From the NCBI GenBank assembly GCA_035538515.1, contig DATLKF010000032.1, forward strand, positions 36,073 to 100,072: DNA of 64,000 nucleotides. Direction: 5' to 3'. Within the stretch, counting starts at the first letter, position 1; every line of letters starts with the position of its first letter. The notes beneath the pieces are model-generated. The model saw only the letters and a list, made by a program, of their open reading frames with translations, was not told the DNA's origin and did not search any database. The position numbers were made by a program, and so were the translations under genes. Of this stretch, positions 9,023-18,550 are shown one piece after another. This DNA comes from Gemmatimonadales bacterium. Lineage in GTDB: Bacteria; Gemmatimonadota; Gemmatimonadetes; Gemmatimonadales; GWC2-71-9.

Positions 9023-9436
9023 TCAGGTCCCCAGCGCCCGATGCTCCAGCATCAGGCAGCGATCCATCACGAAGGGGATACCGGCCGCACGCGCCCGCTC
9101 CTCCGCCGCCCGGTCCACCACTCCCAGCTGCAGCCAGATCAGCCGGGGCGGGGGCCGCAGCCGAATCGCCTCGTCCACGATCGGCCCCACGAAGGCGCTG
9201 CGGCGAAAGATGTCCACGACGTCGATGGTGTGCTCCGCCGCGGCGGCCGTCAGCGTTTCGTAGCTCCGCTCGCCGAGGATGGTGTCGTGATGTGGGTTCA
9301 CGGGGACGATGCGGTATCCGGCGCTCTGGAAATACCGCGCCACGCCGTGACTGGGGCGCTCAGGACTTGGGGAAAGGCCGACGACGGCGATGGTGCGTGT
9401 AGCGGCGAGGATGTCGCGGAGGGCCTCCGGCGTCAC
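9023..9436 (-). CDS. CoA-binding domain protein (YccU-like)
   Basis: It carries TIAVVGLSPSPERPSHGVARYFQSAGYRIVPVNP. The GTG start forms a GTGA overlap with the fdhD stop. The longer listed ORF (to 10114) is out of frame with fdhD and was rejected. Confidence 0.75.
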   Translation of the reverse strand: MTPEALRDILAATRTIAVVGLSPSPERPSHGVARYFQSAGYRIVPVNPHHDTILGERSYETLTAAAAEHTIDVVDIFRRSAFVGPIVDEAIRLRPPPRLIWLQLGVVDRAAEERARAAGIPFVMDRCLMLEHRALGT

Positions 9437-10152
9437 GCGTCGGGCCGGTGGAGGTGCGGGGTGCCGCTCACCGCGCGCCCGACGAGCACGATCCCCGAGC
9501 GCTGGGCGATCGTGAGCGCGAGGGTCGAGGGCACGCTCGGCGTCGCCACATAGGCGAGACCGGCGCGCGCGGCCTTGTACGCGAGCTCGGCCGAGATCCT
9601 GCCGGTGACGAGCAAGCCGCGTCCGGCGATCGGCTCCCGCGCAATCACCGCGGCGCCCACCACCTTGTCTACGGCATTGTGGCGCCCGATGTCCTCCGCG
9701 TGGAACAACAGCCGCTCGCCGTCGGTGAGCGCGGCGGCGTGAATGCCCCCCGTCTCGTTGTAGCGCTCCCCGCGCGTGAACAGCTCCTTGAACAACGCGC
9801 GCAGCCGTTCCGCGCCGGGCGGCTCTCCTCGGGCCGGCGCATGCGCGACGGCGTGCGGATCGGCGAGGAAGGTGGACACGGCCCCGCATCCCGAGGCGAG
9901 CACCCGCTTGCGGTTCTCGGCCGTGACGACGGCAACGCGCTCCGGCCTTACCTCCGCCCAGAACCCCAGGTCCGGGGCACAAGGCCGCAGCTTCACCAGG
10001 TCGTCGAGCGACTCGATGTAGCCCTCGCCGTGCAGCCACCCCGTGGCGAGCTCCTCGAGCTGGTCGGGCGTGCACATCCACGTGACCGCCGGCGCGCCGT
10101 TTACCTCCAGCCACACGGGCACTTCTTCGACCGCGGCCGATTCGGCGAGCAT
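9433..10152 (-). CDS. fdhD: Formate dehydrogenase accessory sulfurtransferase
   Basis: It carries EEVPVWLEVNG..., GGIHAAAL, GRHNAVDKVVGAA and the C-terminal VATPSVPSTLALTIAQRSGIVLVG. ATG 10152 was chosen; the upstream extension to 10254 is simply the translated repeat element. Confidence 0.85.
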   Translation of the reverse strand: MLAESAAVEEVPVWLEVNGAPAVTWMCTPDQLEELATGWLHGEGYIESLDDLVKLRPCAPDLGFWAEVRPERVAVVTAENRKRVLASGCGAVSTFLADPHAVAHAPARGEPPGAERLRALFKELFTRGERYNETGGIHAAALTDGERLLFHAEDIGRHNAVDKVVGAAVIAREPIAGRGLLVTGRISAELAYKAARAGLAYVATPSVPSTLALTIAQRSGIVLVGRAVSGTPHLHRPDA

Positions 10153-10171
10153 GCGGCCCCGGCGGGATCCC

Positions 10172-10239
10172 GGGGTTCGGGGTTCGGGTCTCGGGGCTTG
10201 GGATGCACCCCCAGCCCCGAGCCCCGAGCCCCGAGCCCC
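10172..10239. repeat. Palindromic heptad-array element, family C (GGGG[C/T]TC units)
   Basis: Left arm 10172-10202 is ggggttc ggggttc gggtctc ggggctt ggg. The loop is atgca. Right arm 10208-10239 is cccccag ccccgag ccccgag ccccgag cccc. It sits in the 91-bp spacer between the PTPS-like stop and the fdhD ATG. Confidence 0.85.
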
Positions 10240-10243
10240 TCGA

Positions 10244-10663
10244 TCACCGTTCACCGAAGTATTCCGAATAGATAGTCGGCCCCTCTTGGATGCGCACCGC
10301 GTGCAGCGTCACGCCGTTGGGCAACCGCGGCGCAACCCGTTCCCACACCCACACTGCTAGCGCCTCGCCCGTCGCCAGCCGACCCCCGTCTCTGAACTCG
10401 GGGAGCGCCCGATTGATGCTTTGCCCGTCCAGCCGCCGTGTGATTTCCTCCGCCAAGACGTCGTCCAACAGCCCAAGCCGCATCACCCCACCTGCCTCCG
10501 CCACGAGGGGTCCCTTCACGGTGACCCGGCACTGATAGCGATGCCCGTGCTCCGCGGCGGCACGGCCGAACTCGCGCGCGTTCTGCGCGTCCGACCAATC
10601 CGCGCGCCGGATGCGGTGCGTCGCGCTAAACTCAACGATACGCGTAAGATAGCTGATCGGCAT
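10244..10663 (-). CDS. 6-pyruvoyl-tetrahydropterin synthase / QueD-family protein
   Basis: Three Zn-ligand His residues are present (FSATHRI..., ...EHGHRY) and the protein is 139 aa. The Cys of the QueD CxxxHGH motif is not present (AAAEHGH). Confidence 0.75.
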   Translation of the reverse strand: MPISYLTRIVEFSATHRIRRADWSDAQNAREFGRAAAEHGHRYQCRVTVKGPLVAEAGGVMRLGLLDDVLAEEITRRLDGQSINRALPEFRDGGRLATGEALAVWVWERVAPRLPNGVTLHAVRIQEGPTIYSEYFGER

Positions 10664-10665
10664 CG

Positions 10666-11676
10666 CTAGAACACGCGCACCGCGCTCGCCTTGAAGGAGA
10701 ACACCACCGGACCTCCCGGGGTGAGCCCCAAGTCGTGCACAGCGGCTTGGGTGACCACCGCCACGAGCTCCACACCCACGTCCGCCGTAACGTGGACGAC
10801 GCCGGAGCGCTGGTGGCTCAGGCGGGTCACGCGTCCGAGGAAGACATTGCGCGCGGACGAGGTGAGCGGCTCAAGGCTCACGATGATGTCCGTCGCGGGG
10901 ATCGCGAGGATGGCGGGGCCGGTCTTGTCCGTCGTCACGGCGACTTCGATGCTGCCCACGCACACGTGCATCAGGTCGCCGCTTCCGGACGGCAGCTCCA
11001 CGCGGAACAGGTTCTCGGGCGTCACGGGCGCGAGCCGCCCTTCGGCGAGCGCACGCACGTCATCCGCCCAGCGGTAGGCATCTTCCAGCTGATGTGAGGC
11101 GAGACAGATCGCGAGTGGGCGGCGGGCGCGCTCTTCGGCCAGCACCCGGTACAGCGTCTGCGACGCCGCGCGGTCGGCCGAGCTCGTGGGCTCGTCCAGC
11201 AGCAGCACGTCGGGCTCGACCACGAGCGCGCGTGCCACCGCGACGCGCTGCACCTCGCCCTCGGACAACTCGTGCCGGCGACGCGCGAGCAGCGGCGTGA
11301 TGCCGAGCCGCGCGGCGACGGTCGCCACCCTCTTGTTCCCTTCTGTCCGTCTAATTCCTCGAACCTGCAATCCAAATCCTATGTTGTCGCGGACCGTTCC
11401 CTGGAGCATCGCTGGCCGCTGTTCCACCAGCGTCACTTGCCGGCGCAGCGCGGCGCTGGCGCGGCCGGCGCCGGCGCCGGCCACCAGCGCGCCGTCGAGC
11501 CGGACCTCGCCTTCGCTGGGACGCTCGAGCAACGCGAGCAGTCTTAGTAGGGTGCTCTTTCCCGACCCGTTGGGCCCCACGACGGCGACCGTGGCGCCCG
11601 GCGCGAGGGTGAACCGCTCGAGGTCGAGCACCACCCGGTCGTCGTAGCGGTGGCGCACGCCAACCAGCTCAAGCAC
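10666..11676 (-). CDS. ABC transporter ATP-binding protein with C-terminal TOBE/Mop-like domain (molybdate/tungstate type)
   Basis: Walker A is GPNGSGKST, the signature is LSEGEVQR and Walker B is LLLDEP. A ~110-aa beta-rich tail ends ...FSFKASAVRVF. The gene lies in a Moco-gene context. Confidence 0.8.
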   Translation of the reverse strand: MLELVGVRHRYDDRVVLDLERFTLAPGATVAVVGPNGSGKSTLLRLLALLERPSEGEVRLDGALVAGAGAGRASAALRRQVTLVEQRPAMLQGTVRDNIGFGLQVRGIRRTEGNKRVATVAARLGITPLLARRRHELSEGEVQRVAVARALVVEPDVLLLDEPTSSADRAASQTLYRVLAEERARRPLAICLASHQLEDAYRWADDVRALAEGRLAPVTPENLFRVELPSGSGDLMHVCVGSIEVAVTTDKTGPAILAIPATDIIVSLEPLTSSARNVFLGRVTRLSHQRSGVVHVTADVGVELVAVVTQAAVHDLGLTPGGPVVFSFKASAVRVF

Positions 11677-12367
11677 GGCTGCCTCGTCCTTGGAGCGCCT
11701 GGAGCCCGACGTTCACGAGCAGCGCGAGCATCAGCAGGATCAGGCCGAGCGCGAGCGCCAAGCCGAAGTCGCCCTGACTGGTGTACAGGGTGACCGCGGT
11801 CGTGAGCGTGCGGGTCTGGCCGCGGATGTTGCCGCCCACCGTCATCGCGGATCCGACCTCGGCCACGACGTGGCCAAAGGCAGTCGTGATCACGGCGGCG
11901 AGGGCAAAGCGCGCCTCCCGCGCCACGGTCCACGCTGTGCGCCAGCGCCCGGCGCCCAGCGTTTCGGCCGTGCGGCGGATGCGCGGGTCCACCCCCTGGA
12001 CAGCCGCGGCCGCGAGCGCCGCCGCGATCGGAAACGCGAGCAGCACGTCGCCCACAACTATCGCTTGCCAGGTATACAGCCACCCGATCGCGCCCAGCGG
12101 CCCACGGCGGGAGAGCAGGCCGTATAGCAGCAGGCCCACCACGACGGTGGGGAAAGCGAGCGCGGTGTTGACCACGGTGAGGGCGGCGCGGCGGCCCCAA
12201 AACGGCTTCGTGGCCAGCACAAAGCCCGTCGGGATGCCGAGGCCACAGGCGACGATCGTGGAGAGCACACCGATCTTGAGCGTCAGGCGGGCGATGCCGT
12301 ACACCTCGGCGTCGCCCGAGACCAGCAGCGCGAACGCTCGCCGGAATCCCTCCGCTAGAAAGTCCAC
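11669..12367 (-). CDS. ABC transporter permease (TupB/ModB-like)
   Basis: It has a multi-TM profile and an EAA-type loop TAETLGAGRWRTAWTVAREARFAL. It overlaps the ATPase start by 8 nt. GTG 12367 was chosen because the longer ORF would overlap the OMP gene. Confidence 0.7.
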   Translation of the reverse strand: MDFLAEGFRRAFALLVSGDAEVYGIARLTLKIGVLSTIVACGLGIPTGFVLATKPFWGRRAALTVVNTALAFPTVVVGLLLYGLLSRRGPLGAIGWLYTWQAIVVGDVLLAFPIAAALAAAAVQGVDPRIRRTAETLGAGRWRTAWTVAREARFALAAVITTAFGHVVAEVGSAMTVGGNIRGQTRTLTTAVTLYTSQGDFGLALALGLILLMLALLVNVGLQALQGRGSRA

Positions 12368-13089
12368 GCCACGCCGATCGTGGCCCAGCGGTGCGAGGTC
12401 CACTCGGTGATCGCCGCGGTGGGCGCCAGCACGCTGCTTCCCCCGCCTGACGGCGGCACCTTGTAAGAGAGCGGGTAGTGCAGCCGCCACAGCACCAGCC
12501 GGAAATCGCCGCGGATCGAGAGGCGCCGCGCGGGATACCAGCGCACGCCGGCGTTAGGCGAAAGGGTGAACTTGGTGCCGAACGTGTAGCCGCTCGAATC
12601 CTGGGCCAACGTGTTCGCGAACGCGACGCCGAGCGCGCCGCCGATGTAAGGCGCGAAGCCGCGCCACGTCTTGCGGCCCGTCAACACGAGCTGCAGGCCG
12701 GCGTCGGCGAGCACCACCCCGTTGTCGTACGGACCGCTGGTGCGCGCGGAATCCTTCTTGGGATCCACGACGAAGCTTTGGGTCCGCCCGTACGCGAGGC
12801 CGAGTGACGCGCCGATGGCCCCGAATTGGGCGTCGTAGCGGATCCCCGCGGTCGCACCATCGGCGAGGCCGACGCCCAGGCTCCCCCGGCCGCCGCTCAG
12901 GTATCCGAACGCCAGCACGCCGACGGCTCCGCGCCGGATATCGCGATAGGGGGAGTGGCCGGGATCGTAGCCCACTTGAGCGCCGGACGGTTGGACGGTG
13001 GGACCGACGGACAGTAGCACCGTTGCACCGAGTGCGATCCAGCCACGGGTCCACCGTCCGACCGTCCGACCGTCCGACCGTCCGTCCAT
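12355..13089 (-). CDS. Small outer-membrane beta-barrel protein (hypothetical)
   Basis: The predicted signal peptide is MDGRSDGRTVGRWTRGWIALGATVLLSVGPTVQPSGA/QV. It has an alternating amphipathic strand pattern and ends ...ATIGVAWTF. The ATG overlaps the gpmI stop (ATGA). Confidence 0.6.
   Translation of the reverse strand: MDGRSDGRTVGRWTRGWIALGATVLLSVGPTVQPSGAQVGYDPGHSPYRDIRRGAVGVLAFGYLSGGRGSLGVGLADGATAGIRYDAQFGAIGASLGLAYGRTQSFVVDPKKDSARTSGPYDNGVVLADAGLQLVLTGRKTWRGFAPYIGGALGVAFANTLAQDSSGYTFGTKFTLSPNAGVRWYPARRLSIRGDFRLVLWRLHYPLSYKVPPSGGGSSVLAPTAAITEWTSHRWATIGVAWTF
12983..13087. repeat. Palindromic octad-array element, family B ([A/G]GTCGGAC units)
   Basis: Arm 12983-13015 is ccggacggt tggacggt gggaccga cggacagt. 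Arm 13054-13087 is (ccgtccga)x3 ccgtccgtcc, its imperfect reverse complement. A 38-nt spacer separates them. The element lies inside the first ~35 codons of the OMP gene. Confidence 0.8.
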
Positions 13090-14657
13090 CAGTCCGTCTC
13101 CCTGAGATCTCGCCCCGTCATCTCCGGCGGCGGCTCCACACCGAGCAATCGGAGCACCGTGGGCCCCACGTCGCACAGCGCGCCGCCGTGGCGCAGCGGG
13201 CCGCGCACGTCGTCCCCAACGAGGCAGAACGGTACCGGATTGGTGGTGTGGGCCGTGTGAGGGCCGTCCGTCGTGGGATCGATCATCAGCTCGCAATTAC
13301 CGTGGTCCGCCGTGACGAGCAGGGTGGCGCCGCGCCGCTCGGCGCTGCGTAAGACGCGCTCCAGGCAGCGATCCACCGTTTCCACCGCTTGGATGGCGGC
13401 GCGTAGTACCCCGGAGTGGCCGACCATGTCCCCGTTGGCGTAGTTGCACAGGATGAAGTCGTGGTGCCCCGCCTCGATCGCGCGGCACAGCACGTCGGTC
13501 ACGCCCGGGGCGCTCATTTCCGGCATGAGATCGTAGGTCGCGACCTTTTGAGACGGCACCAGCTGCCGCTCCTCGCCCGGGTACGGCGTCTCGACCCCAC
13601 CGTTGAAGAAGTAGGTGACGTGGGCGTATTTCTCCGTCTCGGCGGTCCGGAACATCGTCTTGCCCCGCTCCGACAGCACCTGCGCGACGATCTGCGAGAG
13701 CACCATCGGGCCGAACGCCATCGGGAATGGGAAGGTCGCGTCGTACTGTGTCATCGTCACGAGATCGACGGCCGGCCGAGCCCCGGTGTCGAAACCGTCG
13801 AATCCTTCGAGCGCGAGCGCGCGCACGATCTGGCGCATGCGGTCGGCTCGGAAGTTGACGCAGAAGATACCGTCTCCATCCCGGATGCGCGGCGTGCCGG
13901 TGATCACGCGCGGCTTCACGAACTCGTCCGTCTCGCCGGCCTCGTACGCGCGACGGACGGCGGTAATCGGGTTCGGCGCGGGCTCGCCCACGCCGTGTAC
14001 CATCGCGTCGTACGCGATCTTGGTGCGCTCCCAGCGCTTGTCGCGGTCCATGGCATAGTAGCGACCGACGACGGTGGAAATGCATATGGGGGCTCGGGGA
14101 TCGGGGCTCGGGGCTCGGGCCCCGCCACCCCCGATCCCCTCTACCAGCTCCTGCATGAACGCCAGCCCCGACTGCGGCGCCGTGTCGCGCCCGTCGAGCC
14201 ACGCGTGGATCGCGACCGGCAGGTCGTGCTCGCGGCCGAGCTCGACGGCGGCCACGAGGTGCTGATCGAGCGCGTGCACGCCGCCCGTGCCGATCAGCCC
14301 GCACAGGTGGAGCGTGCCGCCGCGCCGCTTCACGTCGGCGCACAACTGGACTAAGGGCGGAAGGCGGAAGAACTCGCCCGACTGGATTGCCTGCGAGATG
14401 CGCACCATGTCCTGCGGCACGACGCGACCCGCGCCCAGGTTCAGGTGTCCCACCTCGCTGTTGCCGATCTGTCCTTGGGGGAGTCCCACGGCGAGACCCG
14501 ACGCGTCGAGCAGTGTGCGCGGTGCTTTGGCCCACAGACGATGCCAGGTAGGTGTCGCGCCGAGCTCGACGGCGTTGCCCTCCCGGCCGGGGCGGAAGCC
14601 CCAGCCGTCGAGCACGATCAGGACGACCGGGGTGCGCGGCCCATTCTGCTTTGCCAT
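13089..14657 (-). CDS. gpmI: 2,3-bisphosphoglycerate-independent phosphoglycerate mutase
   Basis: It carries VVLIVLDGWG, GNSEVGHLNLGAGR, GRYYAMDRDKRWER and TADHGN. The protein is 522 aa. Confidence 0.92.
   Translation of the reverse strand: MAKQNGPRTPVVLIVLDGWGFRPGREGNAVELGATPTWHRLWAKAPRTLLDASGLAVGLPQGQIGNSEVGHLNLGAGRVVPQDMVRISQAIQSGEFFRLPPLVQLCADVKRRGGTLHLCGLIGTGGVHALDQHLVAAVELGREHDLPVAIHAWLDGRDTAPQSGLAFMQELVEGIGGGGARAPSPDPRAPICISTVVGRYYAMDRDKRWERTKIAYDAMVHGVGEPAPNPITAVRRAYEAGETDEFVKPRVITGTPRIRDGDGIFCVNFRADRMRQIVRALALEGFDGFDTGARPAVDLVTMTQYDATFPFPMAFGPMVLSQIVAQVLSERGKTMFRTAETEKYAHVTYFFNGGVETPYPGEERQLVPSQKVATYDLMPEMSAPGVTDVLCRAIEAGHHDFILCNYANGDMVGHSGVLRAAIQAVETVDRCLERVLRSAERRGATLLVTADHGNCELMIDPTTDGPHTAHTTNPVPFCLVGDDVRGPLRHGGALCDVGPTVLRLLGVEPPPEMTGRDLRETD
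14088..14139. repeat. Family C heptad tract inside gpmI
   Basis: gggggctc ggggatc ggggctc ggggctc ggg occupies 14088-14119. It is followed by ccccgatcccc (14129-14139), which is complementary to ggggatcgggg (14096-14106). It is read in frame as GGGGARAPSPDPRAP. Confidence 0.8.
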
Positions 14658-14667
14658 ATTGGAGGGG

Positions 14668-15749
14668 ATGCAATCTAGCCGGGGCTTCCGCGCCCTTCCA
14701 GTTGTTCTGTGGCTCGCGCTTCCCCTGCCGCTCGCCGCCCAAGCGCGCTATCGAGTCACCACCGACGGCGCCTGGTTCTACCAGGAAGCCGGTGGCAAGC
14801 GCCTGGCACGGCTAGCGCGCGGGGCAGTGCTGATGGGTGGCGACACACAAGGCGACTGGCAGGGCGTGACGCTCGAGGGGTGGATCTTCGCGACGTCCGT
14901 CGTCCCGACGACGCGCTCCGGGTACGATCTGATCGTGACGCGTGCGCCCGAGGAAAACCTCCGGTCCGCGCCGGCGGGCGCGCTCATCGGAAAGCTGCCC
15001 GAGGGATTTCTCTTGAACCGCGTGGCCGAGGGGAGCTCGGACCGCTGGGTGCACGTGACTCGCGCGGGGTGGATCGAGAAGACCGACGCGGAAGCGGTGG
15101 TACAGGTCGCGAGCTCGCGCAGCGCCGCGCCGGCGGATTCGGATACGACGCGTGCGCGTCACTCGACGCCGCGCGCCGCCTCCCAGCCTCCGCCTCTCGT
15201 TCCCGGCGACAGTGCGCCGCCGACCAGTGTCTCGGCGCCGGTAGACCCCGCCAGGGTCGAGTCGGCGCGCCGCACGGTACTGTATCGCGCGCCCGAAGGA
15301 CAGCCAGCGGGGACGCTGGCGCCCTCCGCGCCGTTGCGCGTGCTTGGGAAGTCCGGCGACTGGACCCGCGTGGCGCTCGAAGGGTGGGTGAAGAGCGCGG
15401 ATCTGGAGATCGCGCCGCCCGGCGTGCTTGTGGGGATCACGGCCGCCGAGTTGCGCACCGACCCGCAGCGCTACGCGGGACAGGTGCTGCGCTGGACCCT
15501 GCAGTTCATCTCGGCCCAGAAGGCGGACGAGCTGCGGCCCGAGATACCGAATGGCGCTAGCTATTTTCTGGCGCGCGGCCCGCTTCCCGAGCGTGGCTTC
15601 GTGTACGTCGTGGTGCCGGACGCGAAGCGCGCGCAGCTCGAGGCGCTGGCGCCCCTCGCGACGGTTCAGGTCACGGCGCGCGTCCGCACCGGGCGCACCC
15701 GCTTCCTCGGGAACCCGGTGTTGGATCTGATCAGCCTGGAGACCCTGCC

Positions 15750-15753
<4 letters not shown>
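14668..15753 (+). CDS. Secreted protein with repeated SH3b-like modules (hypothetical)
   Basis: An SD ggagggg precedes the ATG. The signal peptide is MQSSRGFRALPVVLWLALPLPLAAQA. Three similar modules occur: GDWQGVTLEGWIF, DRWVHVTRAGWIE and GDWTRVALEGWVK. Confidence 0.6.
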
Positions 15754-17563
<1,810 letters not shown>

Positions 17564-17606
17564 GGCCGTCTTTTTTTGGGGGTCAGGGGGACGGGGCGCT
17601 TGCGCC

Positions 17607-18469
17607 TTGTTGCAAATTGGCACATTGGACGCGGCAGTTTGCCGCTCGAGGACCCCGCCGGTGCTTGCTCGCTTCGCTCTCCTTCTGGCCGGGGGTGTCG
17701 TTGTCGCCTCGCCGCCGACGTGCGTCGCCCAGACGGGCACCTCTCCTGAGCCCCTGGACTCGAACACTCGCCCGACCGCGTCTTATTTCATCGACGCCGC
17801 GCGCCTCACGCGCGAGGGAGCCGTACGCGACCTGGGCGAGCTGCTCACTAGTCGTGTTCCCAACCTCCTAGTCATTCCCGGCTCGGGGCTCATGGGCACG
17901 GGGTCGTGCATCCGGTTCCGGGGCGTGCAGTCTCTCGTGGACGACGAGGCGCCGATCGTGCTCGTCGATGGCATGCGGGTAGATCAAACGGAGGACGATT
18001 TCCTTTTCGGCGGACCTGGTTCGGCCGGGCCGCTGCGGCTATCCGACCTGAACATCGTGGACATCGAATCGGTCGAGGTCGTAGGGCCAGCCGCTGCCGC
18101 GCTGTACGGGCCCGGGGCGGCCGGGGGCGTGTTGCTGATCCGCACAAAACGGGGCCACCCCGGGGCACCACGCTGGGAGGCCTACGGAGCCGGCGGCGTG
18201 AGATCGGAGCCGGCATCTTGGCCGGCCAACTTTGGGGGGGTGGACGTCGACAATCCGCGCCACCGGGCGTCGCGGCCGCCTTGCGCGCGCGCGCGGCAAC
18301 GATCACGCTTGCCGGTCGGAATCTCATGACGTGGACCGGGTATTCGGGCGGCGATCCGGAAGCGGGGAGCTACGGTACGGCGGTGCCGGGCCGGCCCAGG
18401 ACCGTCGAAGACTTCGCAACCATGCCGGTTCCCCGTTCGTGGACGTTGAGGGTGGACCTCACCTTCTGA
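17607..18469 (+). pseudogene. SusC/TonB-dependent receptor remnant (plug region plus last barrel strands; internal deletion and frameshift)
   Basis: Frame 0 (17607-~18260) encodes a signal peptide and a plug region (...IRFRGVQSL...PIVLVDGMRV...SVEVVGPAAAALYGPGAAGGVLLIRTKRG). Frame 2 (~18270-18469) encodes the C-terminal strands ...ITLAGRNLMTWTGYSGGDPE...RSWTLRVDLTF. The total is ~0.86 kb against ~3 kb for intact genes. Confidence 0.65.
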
Positions 18470-18470
18470 C

Positions 18471-18499
18471 TTGACAGGTCCACTGGCCGGTCCTACTCT
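18471..18499 (+). promoter_or_regulatory. Possible sigma70-type promoter for the first APC permease
   Basis: TTGACA (18471-18476), a 17-nt spacer, then TACTCT (18494-18499), about 50 nt upstream of ATG 18551. This is a pattern match only. Confidence 0.3.
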
Positions 18500-18550
18500 A
18501 GCCGCCGACTCGCCGTTCACCTGCTGTCCGCTCCAACCATCCGAGGACTC

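Noticed and set aside
10153-10254. A 34-codon N-terminal extension of fdhD (start at 10254), and a similar upstream extension of the OMP ORF to 13296.
   Set aside because: The fdhD extension is simply the translated family C repeat and overlaps the upstream gene. The OMP extension runs through gpmI coding sequence. The internal ATG starts give sensible N-termini.
17571-17577. A T7 run just after guaB as a possible intrinsic terminator.
   Set aside because: I could not find a convincing GC-rich stem immediately upstream of the T-run. Only weak pairing (ggccgtc with gacggggc) spans it.
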